A stretch of DNA of 64,000 bases, from positions 1,200 to 65,199 of the forward strand of contig CAIMPC010000068.1 in NCBI GenBank assembly GCA_903843285.1, in the 5' to 3' direction. The notes beneath the pieces are model-generated. The model ran no database searches. It had not been told where the DNA came from and saw nothing but the letters and a program-made list of their open reading frames with translations. A program made the translations under genes and the position numbers. This DNA is from Candidatus Omnitrophota bacterium. GTDB taxonomy: Bacteria; Omnitrophota; Gorgyraeia; 2-01-FULL-45-10. This document shows, piece after piece, positions 18,305 to 27,670 of the stretch. How positions within the stretch are numbered: the first letter of the stretch is position 1; every line of letters starts with the position of its first letter.

Positions 18305-19306
18305 ATGAAGATAAAAGAATTGGCTATGCTCATACACGGTGTCGTCGAGGGTGATGGTGATGCGGATGTTACGGGCTTAAGCGGCATAGAGACGTCGAAT
18401 GCCGGAGACCTGATATTCGCTACCGACGATGAGAAGCTCGGTTTTGCGGAGAAGTCCGGGGCGTCATGTGTACTTACATCGAAGTCTACCAGAGCCGCGA
18501 TGAAGCCGCTCGTGAGAGTGGATAATCCGAAGCTGGCATTTCTATTATTATATAATTTTATGAATAAGCCGGCAGGGAGAGAGGCTTTTACGGATCCATC
18601 CGCGACCATATCGGTTTCAGCGAAGGTAGGTAATAATGTCTGGATAGATGCCGGTGTGCGAATAGGTGGTAATGTCAGTATCGGGGACAATACCATTATA
18701 GAGGCCAACGCCGTAATAAAGAAGAATTGCTCGATAGGGTCATTTTGCCACATCCATCCGAATGTGACGCTTTACGATAACGTCGTGCTTAAAGATAGGG
18801 TTGTTTTGCATAGCGGTGTCGTTCTGGGCGCCGATGGATTCGGATATGTGAGAGAAAAAGATAAAATCTATAAGTTTCCTCAGCTGGGCAGGGTGATAAT
18901 AGAGAATGATGTCGAGATCGGGGCCAATTCCACAATAGATAGGGGGTCTCTGGGCGATACTGTTGTGGGGGCCGGCGCCAAGATTGACAACTTATGCCAG
19001 ATAGCCCATAACATAAAGATAGGAAAGAACTTTATTATGGCTGCGCAGTCCGGAATATCGGGAAGTGTTACCATAAAAGATAATGTCACCATGGGCGGAC
19101 AGGTCGGTATCAGGGATAATGTAACGATCGGGAATAATGCCATGATAGGCGCGCAGAGCGGTGTCCTGGGCGATCTGGCAGACGGCTCGGTCGTCTGGGG
19201 GACTCCGTCCAAGTCCCTTATACAAACTAAGAGGGAAGTTATCGTTCTCGGATGGCTTACCGATAATTTTATTCGGATAAAGAAACTGCTTAAGGGAAAA
19301 ATATAG
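18305..19306 (+). CDS. lpxD: UDP-3-O-acylglucosamine N-acyltransferase LpxD
   Basis: The LpxD-type N-terminal domain reads [38 protein letters not shown]. Left-handed beta-helix hexapeptide repeats follow, and a C-terminal helix. Length is 333 aa. Confidence 0.8.
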   Translation: MKIKELAMLIHGVVEGDGDADVTGLSGIETSNAGDLIFATDDEKLGFAEKSGASCVLTSKSTRAAMKPLVRVDNPKLAFLLLYNFMNKPAGREAFTDPSATISVSAKVGNNVWIDAGVRIGGNVSIGDNTIIEANAVIKKNCSIGSFCHIHPNVTLYDNVVLKDRVVLHSGVVLGADGFGYVREKDKIYKFPQLGRVIIENDVEIGANSTIDRGSLGDTVVGAGAKIDNLCQIAHNIKIGKNFIMAAQSGISGSVTIKDNVTMGGQVGIRDNVTIGNNAMIGAQSGVLGDLADGSVVWGTPSKSLIQTKREVIVLGWLTDNFIRIKKLLKGKI

Positions 19307-19332
19307 CGCTATACATGGGATACGGAGAAATA

Positions 19333-19367
19333 AAAAAGGATAACGTGTGAACGCTATCCTTTTTTAT
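19333..19367. terminator. Bidirectional rho-independent terminator between the convergent lpxD and the minus-strand small gene
   Basis: In aaaaaaGGATAACGtgtgaaCGCTATCCttttttat the hairpin is flanked by an A-run and a T-run. Confidence 0.55.
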
Positions 19368-19383
19368 AGTTTTGAAGCTATAG

Positions 19384-19656
19384 TTACTTAGAGCAACTTC
19401 CAGCTACTTTTTCCGTAGTATCAGAGACGGCCTGAACGACATCGCCGGTTGCTCCGGTTACGTCTTTGGTAGCTTTTGCGGCAGTATCAGAAACGGTGCC
19501 TACAACATCACCGGCCGCTGTCCCGACCTTCTTCGTAGTATCTGCAGTGGCAGAAACCACAGTGCTTACAGGGTTATTCTTATCCTGATCGGCAGCGATG
19601 GCGCACATGGTCACACCGATCATAAGCACCACAACTAAACTCATTAAACGCTTCAT
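19384..19656 (-). CDS. Small secreted repeat protein with DVxGTxxDTxxK-type repeats
   Basis: Signal peptide MKRLMSLVVVLMIGVTMCAIA. Repeated GTAAGDVVGTVSDTAAKATKDVTGATGDVVQAVSDTTEKVAG units follow. It converges on lpxD and shares the terminator. Confidence 0.4.
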   Translation of the reverse strand: MKRLMSLVVVLMIGVTMCAIAADQDKNNPVSTVVSATADTTKKVGTAAGDVVGTVSDTAAKATKDVTGATGDVVQAVSDTTEKVAGSCSK

Positions 19657-19759
19657 TCTATCTCACCCCCTTAAAATCATTATATTTATTATACGTATTT
19701 TGCAGCGATAATCAATAAATAAGTGAAGTTCACCCCCAATGGTGATATATTGAAAGAAC

Positions 19760-19834
19760 GCGCCTGTGGCCTAACGGATAAGGCAATGGCCTCCGAAGCC
19801 ATGTATGGCAGTTCGATTCTGCCCAGGCGCGCCA
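19760..19834 (+). tRNA. tRNA-Arg(CCG): tRNA-Arg (anticodon CCG)
   Basis: Cloverleaf with acceptor GCGCCTG/CAGGCGC, D-arm TGGCCTAACGGATAAGGCA, anticodon stem-loop ATGGC-CTCCGAA-GCCAT, T-arm GGCAGTTCGATTCTGCC, discriminator G and an encoded CCA. Confidence 0.85.
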
Positions 19835-19969
19835 GTTTCGTCTCTCAGTCAGGCGTTTACTTTTGGGTGGTGCCTTCGCTTGTCGTTCGAACAGATTAGA
19901 CTAACCTGGTTAGACTTGATATTTCAGAACGTTTGTAATACAATATCGGAAAAGAGGAGATCCCATGTT

Positions 19970-20407
19970 ATGAAAAAAATGTTTCTATCCCTATTAATAC
20001 TTACTGCGGCAGTATCCTTAGCATTTGCCGATGCCGGAGAAGATAAACAACCTGAAGCTCAGACACAGCCCCAGGCCCAGCAGAAGATTCCTGCTCCAGC
20101 GCCGGTTGTCGAGAAGATAATAGTTAAGGAAGTGACGCTCAATACCGGAGCGACAGGCTTTGTTAACGGCAAGGTCGCCAGCGTGACGCCTGCGGATATG
20201 CTGACCAGGCCTAAGTCGAGGATAGTTATCGTCGATGGCGCCGGTAATTCAAACGAATTTATTGTGAAGACGCTCGCAGTCGTGTATGATTCGGCCGGTA
20301 AATTTCTGACTCTGAACGATGTAAAGAAGGACCAGGAAGTCCAAGTCAATTATACGGTCAAGAGCGATAAGTCGAAAGAAGCGGCGGCGATAAAGATACT
20401 GAAATAG
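19970..20407 (+). CDS. Secreted hypothetical protein (145 aa)
   Basis: RBS AAAGAGGAGA, then ATG. Signal peptide MKKMFLSLLILTAAVSLAFA. The track ORF from 19805 overlaps the tRNA and is rejected in favour of this start. Confidence 0.5.
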   Translation: MKKMFLSLLILTAAVSLAFADAGEDKQPEAQTQPQAQQKIPAPAPVVEKIIVKEVTLNTGATGFVNGKVASVTPADMLTRPKSRIVIVDGAGNSNEFIVKTLAVVYDSAGKFLTLNDVKKDQEVQVNYTVKSDKSKEAAAIKILK

Positions 20408-20439
20408 AATTTTTTTCAGTCCAGCCGGGACCATATCAG

Positions 20440-21249
20440 ATGCCGATAAAAAAGATCGTGTTGGTTCTTGCCATTGCGGTGTTTCTTCCGACAGTCCCCG
20501 CGATATTTCTTTTACACAGCTCACGCAGTACGCCCATCGTCAGAGTCATTAAAGAATGCAGTTCCTCCGTCGTCAATATAAGCACGGAGAGGATCGTCTC
20601 TCTCGAGGGCCATCCCTATTGGAGCCAATACGGGGGAAGCTTTGATAAATTCTTTGTCCCATATCAGAGCGTTCTCTTCGGCGCCATGAAACTTAACGGT
20701 GTTGGCTCAGGTGTCATATTAGCGAAAGACGGCCTGATCGTGACCAATGCGCATGTTGTGAATATGGCAAGCCGTGTCTACGTAATATTATCCGACGGTA
20801 AAGTTTGCGAGGCTTCGCTCGAGGCCATTAATCCGAGGCTGGACCTGGCAATAATAAAAATTAACCCTCCCGAAAAACTTAAGAGCGTCCGCCTGGCAAG
20901 GAATGTCATCATAGGCGAGACGGTCATCTCTATCGGTAATCCTTTCGGTTTACAGAATTCCGTTTCAGCGGGAATCATCAGTGGAATTAATCGCAGTTTT
21001 TCGGCGCCCGGCGCCCAAAACACCATCACTAACCTTATCCAGACGGATGCCTCGATAAATCAGGGTTCGTCGGGGGGAGCGTTATTAAATCTGGACGGAG
21101 AATTGGCAGGGATAAGCTTCGCCGTGGTCCAGAATGCCCAAAACATAGGCTTTGCTATACCTGTTGAAAAAGTGAATATAATCCTAAAAGATCTCAGAGA
21201 TGCCAGGGCGAGGGGGCCCATAAATCCAAATGAAACTGTTTTTTCTTGA
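20440..21249 (+). CDS. Trypsin-like serine protease, S1C (DegP-like catalytic domain, no PDZ)
   Basis: Catalytic His in TNAHVV, Asp in DLAIIK and Ser in GSSGGALLN. N-terminal membrane anchor. Confidence 0.75.
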   Translation: MPIKKIVLVLAIAVFLPTVPAIFLLHSSRSTPIVRVIKECSSSVVNISTERIVSLEGHPYWSQYGGSFDKFFVPYQSVLFGAMKLNGVGSGVILAKDGLIVTNAHVVNMASRVYVILSDGKVCEASLEAINPRLDLAIIKINPPEKLKSVRLARNVIIGETVISIGNPFGLQNSVSAGIISGINRSFSAPGAQNTITNLIQTDASINQGSSGGALLNLDGELAGISFAVVQNAQNIGFAIPVEKVNIILKDLRDARARGPINPNETVFS

Positions 21250-21332
21250 ATAACGAATGATTTACGCTTATACTACCATAAGAATTTACGTGGTACGACA
21301 GATAATGACATTAATAACGAAAGAGGGACGAT

Positions 21333-22307
21333 ATGAGACTAAATAAGATCAGCCTTTGGGTTCTGTCTGTTATGGTTCTCGTAGCCTTAATGATAAGCTC
21401 GGCCATGGCCGTGGAACAGCTCTCCCGTCAGGAGAGTCGAGCCAAGGATGTGCAGAAACTACAGGAGAAGTTTATCTGGTGGGGAACCAGCGGCGCCCAG
21501 CCTGCGCCCGTAAGAGATGCCGAGCGGGGCGGATACTGGTGGATGCCGAAAAAGCCCGCGGCCACTTCACCTAAGATATGGGGCAATGGCGGATACATTT
21601 ATGTCTATAAGATAATTTTCGATTACAAGGAAGAGGAACTGCCGGCTCCGAAGCCGAAAGAGATGAGGCCGTCCCTGCTCGTTAAAAAGATAATAAAGAA
21701 CGTGAAAATTTATTTCGATTATGACAAGTCCGACATAAGAGATGATGCATCAAAGATACTGGCCAATGCGGCCGATCTCTTAAAGCGTAATAAAGAAGCG
21801 AGCATATTAATAAGCGGTAATTGCGATGCCCGGGGGAGCGAAAAGTATAACGATAAGCTGGGTAAGAACAGGGGGCTTGCCGTTAAAAAGTCTATGCTCG
21901 ACCAGGGTGTGACGGACGAGCGCATTAAGATCATCAGCCGCGGCAAGCTCGATGCCATAGCGCCGGTAACAGATCTGGAAGGCATGCAGAAGGACCGTAA
22001 CGCGCAATTTATGGTGGCCGAGGTCGAAGAGGTTATGATACCGTATCCTGAAGTGGTGCAGGAGTCGGGCGCTAAAGCCGTCGAAGAGGGCAAGTATATG
22101 GTCGAGAAGGAAGAGACCATAGAGTCAGAGACTAAGGTCTCGACCAAAGAGTATGTTACAAAGAAGGGCGATACCCTCTGGAAGATAGCCGAGGAAGTAT
22201 ATGGCAATGGCCGTAAGTGGAAGAACATATACAGATTCAATAAGGATAAGATTAAGGATCCGAACCGTCTTAAGGCAGGAGTAACGCTTACGATACCTAT
22301 TGAATAG
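21333..22307 (+). CDS. OmpA-family protein with a C-terminal LysM domain
   Basis: Signal peptide. OmpA_C motif NCDARGSEKYNDKLGKNRGLAV. LysM motif KKGDTLWKIAEEVYGNGRKWKNIY...LKAGVTLTIP. Confidence 0.75.
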   Translation: MRLNKISLWVLSVMVLVALMISSAMAVEQLSRQESRAKDVQKLQEKFIWWGTSGAQPAPVRDAERGGYWWMPKKPAATSPKIWGNGGYIYVYKIIFDYKEEELPAPKPKEMRPSLLVKKIIKNVKIYFDYDKSDIRDDASKILANAADLLKRNKEASILISGNCDARGSEKYNDKLGKNRGLAVKKSMLDQGVTDERIKIISRGKLDAIAPVTDLEGMQKDRNAQFMVAEVEEVMIPYPEVVQESGAKAVEEGKYMVEKEETIESETKVSTKEYVTKKGDTLWKIAEEVYGNGRKWKNIYRFNKDKIKDPNRLKAGVTLTIPIE

Positions 22308-22310
22308 CCG

Positions 22311-22679
22311 ATGAGTAAGATAGCGTTTTGGGTAATAATTATGACCTTGGTATCATTTTCGGGCGCATATGCCGAGGGGCTCGATACGCTCATTAAGGTC
22401 GGTAGATCGATGGCCGACATAAGCTCTGCTTACGACGGAGAGACAAAGTCATTTAACCGCGTGAAGTCGGCTGTGGATGATGGCGATATTAAAAAGGGCA
22501 TGGCCAAAGAGGATATCAGGCGCAGGTATGGGGATCCGGTAATAGCTAATAACGACTCCGTCACCAATAGTGAAAAGTGGGTGTACAAACCGGCCGGCTC
22601 TACATTCTTTAAGGGTATTCGCATATACTTGTACTTTGACGATAAGGGCCTCCTGGATGAGATTAAGACACTATCGTAG
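22311..22679 (+). CDS. Small periplasmic or outer-membrane protein, BamE (SmpA/OmlA)-like
   Basis: Signal peptide, then KKGMAKEDIRRRYGDPV...EKWVYKP, typical of the SmpA/OmlA fold. It lies 4 nt after the OmpA gene. Confidence 0.4.
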   Translation: MSKIAFWVIIMTLVSFSGAYAEGLDTLIKVGRSMADISSAYDGETKSFNRVKSAVDDGDIKKGMAKEDIRRRYGDPVIANNDSVTNSEKWVYKPAGSTFFKGIRIYLYFDDKGLLDEIKTLS

Positions 22680-22687
22680 CGCCTATT

Positions 22688-22716
22688 GACTTTTACAATC
22701 GTCGCAGATATACTTC
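22688..22716 (+). promoter_or_regulatory. Sigma70-like promoter (TTGACT, 17-nt spacer, TATACT) upstream of the ExeA-like gene
   Basis: The sequence is ttgacttttacaatcgtcgcagatatact. Confidence 0.35.
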
Positions 22717-22770
22717 ATACTCAGATATATTATAATAAATGTGCGCCGAAACTAGTTAAAACCAGGAAAA

Positions 22771-23664
22771 ATGTATACTGCCTACTGGGGATTAACAGAG
22801 AAGCCTTTCGAAAATACGCCAGACCCTAAATTCATCTACTATTCTCAGAAGCATGAAGAGGCTATGGCGCGTATGCTTTATGTGGTGCGTGAACATAAGG
22901 GCGCGGCCCTACTGACCGGCGAATACGGTTGCGGTAAGACCCTTCTAAGCCGCGTCATAAGGAAAGAGCTCCAGCAGGAAAATAAGTACCAATCCGTCTT
23001 CATACTTGATCCCCACCTGACAGTCAGAGAATTCCTTCGGGAGATAATCTATCAGCTCGGAGTGGACAAAATACCTAAGAACAAACTAGATATATCCCAT
23101 GCATTGAATAAGACCATTCTCGCAAACCATAATTCCGGAAAACATACCGTGCTTGTGGTAGACGAAGCCCAGTCTATTCATAATATCGATATATTTGAAG
23201 AAATGAGACTGCTTTTAAATTATCAACTCGATGCGGCATTTCTGCTCACGATAATACTCTTAGGCGCGCCTGAGCTAAAACAGATGGTTACGGGGATGCA
23301 GCACTTAGTGCAAAGAATGGCCGCAGGTTATCATTTAAACGGATTGAGCGAAGCCGAGACTAAGAATTATATAAATCATCGTTTGCTTATAGCAGGCGCT
23401 AAGAGACAATTATTCACAGACGACTCATACCACGAGATATATCTGCATTCCTACGGGGTTCCCAGGCGTATCAACACTATTTGTGATCTTGCCCTTCTGG
23501 TGGGGTTTAGTAATAACCAAAATGTGATCGATAGAAAGGCCATAATAGATATCAATGAGGATATGGATCTGCCGAAACCCGACATGGAAAATCTATATCA
23601 GCCGTCATCTCTAACACCCCAAGGTGCGCCCGGTCGTTATGCCGGGCAGAAGGTCCACGCATGA
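22771..23664 (+). CDS. ExeA/GspA-like AAA ATPase (COG3267)
   Basis: The N-terminus YWGLTEKPFENTPDPKFIY matches the ExeA signature. Walker A is GEYGCGKT and Walker B is LVVDEAQ. Confidence 0.6.
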   Translation: MYTAYWGLTEKPFENTPDPKFIYYSQKHEEAMARMLYVVREHKGAALLTGEYGCGKTLLSRVIRKELQQENKYQSVFILDPHLTVREFLREIIYQLGVDKIPKNKLDISHALNKTILANHNSGKHTVLVVDEAQSIHNIDIFEEMRLLLNYQLDAAFLLTIILLGAPELKQMVTGMQHLVQRMAAGYHLNGLSEAETKNYINHRLLIAGAKRQLFTDDSYHEIYLHSYGVPRRINTICDLALLVGFSNNQNVIDRKAIIDINEDMDLPKPDMENLYQPSSLTPQGAPGRYAGQKVHA

Positions 23665-24773
23665 TAAAGCTGTCGAATTTATTTAAGAAACATGAGCAGT
23701 CTAAAGATGTGCCGCTTCCTAAGGGTATAAAAGAGGATACGAGGCCGCCCGAAGAGATATTAGCCGCGGAGGCCGTTATAAAAAGATCAACAGACATCCG
23801 CCATCATCAGTCGAGCATTAAGCTTTCACCGGCAATGAATGTGGAACTCGAGAAGGAACGGCCAACGACCCCCAACATAAAGAATCTTTATAATGATCTT
23901 CTGGAGAAGGCGAAGGAGATATATAAATCCGGCCCCGGCACTAAAAGGAATCTGGCCGCAGAAATTCATCCGCTCGTCGAAAAAATGCTCGAGTCCCTAT
24001 CCTCCGGAAGCGATGAATTGCTTCTTATAGTTCTCAGGAATTATCCTAAACCGGAAGATATGCTCTTCTATCACGTGGTCAATATCACTATAATGTCGGT
24101 TGTTGTGGGGCTGGGGCTCGGGTACGAACGCAATCGTTTGTTTGAGCTATGTATCGCGGCTTTCGTTCATGATATAGGGTCAAGAAATCAAGATATATTG
24201 AACAAACCGGATTCTTTCAGTGAAGAAGATTTCGACAAGATAAAGACTCATCCGAACGAGGGCGCACTCACGTTGAGTAAGATAGACCCAAGTCTTAACC
24301 AGAAGATACTCGACGCCGTAAAACAGGAGCATGAGAGGGCCGACGGCTCCGGATACCCGGAAGGGCTGGTATCAGATGAGATTAACGAATACGCCGAGGT
24401 CATAGGGCTCGCTGATGTATATGAGGCGCTTATGCACAACCGCCCATACAGGACCAAATATACATCCATAGACACTATCAGGATAATACTGAAGAATAAG
24501 AAGCTGTTTACCTCTAAGGTTATAAAGGCGTTAATAGAAGCGTTCGGAATATTTCCCATTGAGACGCTTGTGCAATTAAACACTAAAGAGATAGGCGTTG
24601 TTGTAAAGCGCGACCAGGAACTGATATCCAGACCTGTCGTTGACATAATAATCGACTCATACGGCAAAGAAGTGAAACAGCCGAAACGTATAAACCTGGC
24701 GAGCAATCCGGTAATATATATAGATAATTGTGTTAAGCAGGAAGATAAGTATATTAAGACCCCGATCAAATAA
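23661..24773 (+). CDS. HD-GYP domain protein (c-di-GMP phosphodiesterase family)
   Basis: Motifs HDIGS, HPNEGA and HERADGSGYPEGL (HD-GYP signature). Its start overlaps the ExeA-like stop (ATGA). Confidence 0.8.
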   Translation: MIKLSNLFKKHEQSKDVPLPKGIKEDTRPPEEILAAEAVIKRSTDIRHHQSSIKLSPAMNVELEKERPTTPNIKNLYNDLLEKAKEIYKSGPGTKRNLAAEIHPLVEKMLESLSSGSDELLLIVLRNYPKPEDMLFYHVVNITIMSVVVGLGLGYERNRLFELCIAAFVHDIGSRNQDILNKPDSFSEEDFDKIKTHPNEGALTLSKIDPSLNQKILDAVKQEHERADGSGYPEGLVSDEINEYAEVIGLADVYEALMHNRPYRTKYTSIDTIRIILKNKKLFTSKVIKALIEAFGIFPIETLVQLNTKEIGVVVKRDQELISRPVVDIIIDSYGKEVKQPKRINLASNPVIYIDNCVKQEDKYIKTPIK

Positions 24774-24798
24774 ATTGGAAGTAAGGGTATAAAAAGAA

Positions 24799-25245
24799 AT
24801 GAATAAAGTAAATACGATATTATTGGCTATTATCGCGGCGGTGTTCGCCGGGTATGCCCTGTATGTGAATATCCAGCTTAAGGATACGGTAAAACGCTAT
24901 GAGACCTCCGCTACCGACATGGCGGATAAGTTTGAGAAGATTAACGAAGATGTGCTAAGGGCCAGGGAAGAGCTTGCGAAGCAGAAAATATTGGTCGAAG
25001 AGGCTAAGTCTCAGGCGGAAATCGCTAAGGCCGAAGCGGCAAAGATAGTCGAAGAAGCTAAGCAAAAGGCCGAAGAGGCGGTGGTCGCGGCAAAAGAGGC
25101 CGAGCCGGTGAAATTGACTAAAAAGGAGCAGGAAGCCCTCGATGCGAAGGCTAAGGCGGAGGAAGCCAAGGCTAAAGCGGAGGCCCTTATGGGCACGGTC
25201 AATAACGAGCCGAATGCATGGGAAGCGCGCGAGGCACATTTATAG
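24799..25245 (+). CDS. Membrane-anchored coiled-coil protein, Ala/Glu/Lys-rich
   Basis: One N-terminal TM helix, then KAEAAKIVEEAKQKAEEA-type heptads. No enzymatic motif. Confidence 0.4.
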   Translation: MNKVNTILLAIIAAVFAGYALYVNIQLKDTVKRYETSATDMADKFEKINEDVLRAREELAKQKILVEEAKSQAEIAKAEAAKIVEEAKQKAEEAVVAAKEAEPVKLTKKEQEALDAKAKAEEAKAKAEALMGTVNNEPNAWEAREAHL

Positions 25246-25246
25246 T

Positions 25247-25325
25247 AGCGTGTCATTCTGAGGGAGGCCAACGGCCGATCGTCTCCGACCCTAACGGGTC
25301 GTAGACCCTTTAGGGAAGAATCTGT
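25247..25325. repeat. MITE/REP-like intergenic element, copy B
   Basis: It reads AGCGTGTCATTCTGAGGGAGG...CGGCCGA...GAAGAATCTG and contains the hairpin gtctccgaccc-taac-gggtcgtagac. It shares both cores with copy A on the opposite orientation. Confidence 0.5.
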
Positions 25326-25338
25326 TATAAGGAACAGT

Positions 25339-26250
25339 ATGAATAATAAATTAAAAATAGTAATGATATTTTCGCTAAGCGTCCTGATGCTCGGCGGGTG
25401 CAGATATAACAGCGCCGCTATGAAGGAAGGCGCCAAAAAACATTATGAAAAAGGCGTGAAATACTATGACGATGGCAAATTTAAACAGGCGGATAAGGAA
25501 TTCGATACCGCTAATAACCTGCTCGAAAGGGACAAGAAGATAAATGAGAAGCTTAATAAATCCGCTCCGGAGTCCAGGGGTGAGATAGCGTCCGAAAAGA
25601 CGAACCAGGAGACGTTGGCCAATAGGGGAAAGAGGACGCTGAAACCCCAGTATACTATAGGCGCCGAGGACGTCCTATCTGTGTTCATCTGGCAGAACCC
25701 GGATATGTCGCAGGATGTCACTGTAAGACCGGATGGTAGGATATCGTTTCCTCTTATCGAGGACATAGAGGTAGAAGGCCTGACGATCCCCCAGCTTGAT
25801 AAGGTGATAACAGAAAAGCTGCAAACATTTATAAAATATCCCGAAGTAACGATATCGATCAGGCGTCTGGGCGGTAAGAGAGTCATTGTCCTAGGAGAGG
25901 TTCAGTACCCCGGCGTATACCAGGTCACCGGCACGGAGAGCGTGCTCGAAGCTGTTGCTATGGCGCAGGGCTTCAAAGATAGTTCTCTGGCATCGAGCAT
26001 GATAGTCATAAAGGGCATGTTCTCAGGCAACCCGAGGATTATAAGGGCCAGCGCCAATATGGCATTAAGAGGAATTGGAAGCCAGAATATCAAGCTCGAC
26101 TCCGGAGATGTGGTATTCGTGCCGAAGAAACCTATATCCGATCTTAATTGGCTGGCCACGGAAATATCAGGCCCGATCCTGGCGATCACCGGTGACATTA
26201 CGGCTATTAAGACACTTACTCACGTGGCTTCTAAAACGCTGACAAAATAG
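25339..26250 (+). CDS. wza: Polysaccharide export outer-membrane protein, Wza family (Poly_export plus SLBB)
   Basis: Lipoprotein-type signal (LGGC). The Poly_export motif is VRPDGRISFPLIEDIEVEGLTIPQLDKVITEKL. SLBB-like VIVLGEVQYPGVYQ follows. Confidence 0.8.
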   Translation: MNNKLKIVMIFSLSVLMLGGCRYNSAAMKEGAKKHYEKGVKYYDDGKFKQADKEFDTANNLLERDKKINEKLNKSAPESRGEIASEKTNQETLANRGKRTLKPQYTIGAEDVLSVFIWQNPDMSQDVTVRPDGRISFPLIEDIEVEGLTIPQLDKVITEKLQTFIKYPEVTISIRRLGGKRVIVLGEVQYPGVYQVTGTESVLEAVAMAQGFKDSSLASSMIVIKGMFSGNPRIIRASANMALRGIGSQNIKLDSGDVVFVPKKPISDLNWLATEISGPILAITGDITAIKTLTHVASKTLTK

Positions 26251-26259
26251 GCACCGCCA

Positions 26260-26541
26260 ATGACTAAAGTCTATTCTAAAAGTCCCGACGTAGTATTTCG
26301 GAAGATCGCGGATGAATTTGTGCTGGTGCCGATCCGTAAGAACGCGGCCGATCTTGAGAGCATATATGCGCTGAACGAGGTGGGCGGACGCATATGGGAG
26401 CTGATAGACGGCCATCGTACAACCGTTGAGATACATAAAACAATCGCGGATGAATTTGATGTGACTCCGGACGAGGCCGAAGAGGATCTGCAGAATTTCG
26501 TTAAGAGCCTGGCAGAGACCGGCAGTATAAAAGAGAGTTGA
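26260..26541 (+). CDS. PqqD-family peptide chaperone (RiPP recognition element)
   Basis: A 93-aa protein. VFRKIADEFVLVP...LNEVGGRIWELIDGHRTTVEIHKTIADEFDV is the PqqD signature. It lies directly upstream of the rSAM gene with a 1-nt gap. Confidence 0.75.
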   Translation: MTKVYSKSPDVVFRKIADEFVLVPIRKNAADLESIYALNEVGGRIWELIDGHRTTVEIHKTIADEFDVTPDEAEEDLQNFVKSLAETGSIKES

Positions 26542-26542
26542 G

Positions 26543-27670
26543 ATGGAGCGCGTTCACTCCGTTCCGCAGGAAACCTACACCGCATTCAGTAATTCGATTC
26601 ACTCCAAAGTGTTAGAAAAGAACATCCCGATTGATGGGACGATAGAGCTGACCCAGCGCTGCAACTTAAAATGCGTGCAATGTTATTGCTGTCATGACCC
26701 GTCTAAGCGGGAGCTAAGCTATGACGAAATATGCCGTATACTGGACGAGATCGCCGAAGCAGGATGTCTTTGGCTACTGATAACCGGCGGGGAACCTCTA
26801 TTGAGACCCGACTTTTTAGATATCTATATGTATGCAAAAAAGAAGGGTTTTCTAATCACGCTATTTACCAATGCGACATTAGTCACTCCTGAGATATTGG
26901 ATCATCTGAGTAAATATCCGCCTTTTTCTATAGAAGTCAGCGTATACGGCGCGACCAAAGAAATATATGAAAAGATTACGGGGGTCACAGGATCATTTGA
27001 ATCCTGCATGGCCGGGATAAAGCTTATTCTCGACAGAAAACTACCGTTAAAATTAAAGACAATGGCCATGGCATTAAACCACCACGAGGTATCTCAGATG
27101 AAGGAATGGTCCGAAGGCATGGGCATCGAATTCAGGTTTGATGCGATGCTTCACCCGAAGTTAACCGGATTGAAGGATCCGTGGGATGTAAGGCTTTCGC
27201 CTGAGGATGCAGTGGCGCTCGATGGTTCAGACCAGAAGAAGCTCGATGCCTGGCGTGAGGTCTGTAAGCATCCATGGGAGCCATCGCAGAATGGGAGGCT
27301 ATTTACCTGCGGCGCCGGGAAGAATTCATTTCATATCGATCCGTACGGTTATCTCAGGCCCTGCGATATGATGCGAACGTTCAGCTACGATCTGCGTAAG
27401 CACTCATTCCGTGAAGCATGGGTTGAGATGTGCAGTGCGGTTTCGGTCGAGAAAGCCCCCGGTGATTATAAGTGCAGAGGCTGTAAGATGACTTTTATCT
27501 GCAACCAGTGTCCCGGATGGGGATTTCTGGAGAACGGAGATATCTATAGCATATCAGAAAATATGTGTGATGTGGCCCAATTAAGGGCGCGGAAGTTTGG
27601 GGCGGGAAGTGGTAACACAAAGGGAGGTATGTCAAATGAAGAAGAAATCTTATCAAAAGCCCAGCGTTAA
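26543..27670 (+). CDS. Radical SAM/SPASM-domain peptide-maturase-like enzyme
   Basis: The CxxxCxxC is CNLKCVQC in ELTQRCNLKCVQCYC at about aa 40. The SPASM cluster reads CGAGKNSFHIDPYGYLRPC...CRGCKMTFICNQCPGWG. There is no N-terminal RRE, consistent with the separate PqqD protein. Confidence 0.85.
   Translation: MERVHSVPQETYTAFSNSIHSKVLEKNIPIDGTIELTQRCNLKCVQCYCCHDPSKRELSYDEICRILDEIAEAGCLWLLITGGEPLLRPDFLDIYMYAKKKGFLITLFTNATLVTPEILDHLSKYPPFSIEVSVYGATKEIYEKITGVTGSFESCMAGIKLILDRKLPLKLKTMAMALNHHEVSQMKEWSEGMGIEFRFDAMLHPKLTGLKDPWDVRLSPEDAVALDGSDQKKLDAWREVCKHPWEPSQNGRLFTCGAGKNSFHIDPYGYLRPCDMMRTFSYDLRKHSFREAWVEMCSAVSVEKAPGDYKCRGCKMTFICNQCPGWGFLENGDIYSISENMCDVAQLRARKFGAGSGNTKGGMSNEEEILSKAQR

Noticed and set aside
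19805-19969. 5' extension of the track ORF 19805-20407 overlapping tRNA-Arg(CCG)
   Set aside because: It overlaps a confidently folded tRNA. A good RBS and signal peptide begin at the ATG at 19970.
24960-25240. Low-complexity GC-rich repetitive DNA (gcggaggc/gaagc repeats) that could be mistaken for a tandem repeat or CRISPR-like array
   Set aside because: It encodes the Ala/Glu/Lys coiled-coil heptads of the 24799-25245 protein. It has no regular spacer-repeat structure.
27597-27635. Upstream part of the track ORF 27597-27794 (MGREVVTQREVCQ...)
   Set aside because: That start has no RBS and lies deep in the rSAM coding region. The ATG at 27636, preceded by AGGGAGGT, is the credible start of the small peptide.
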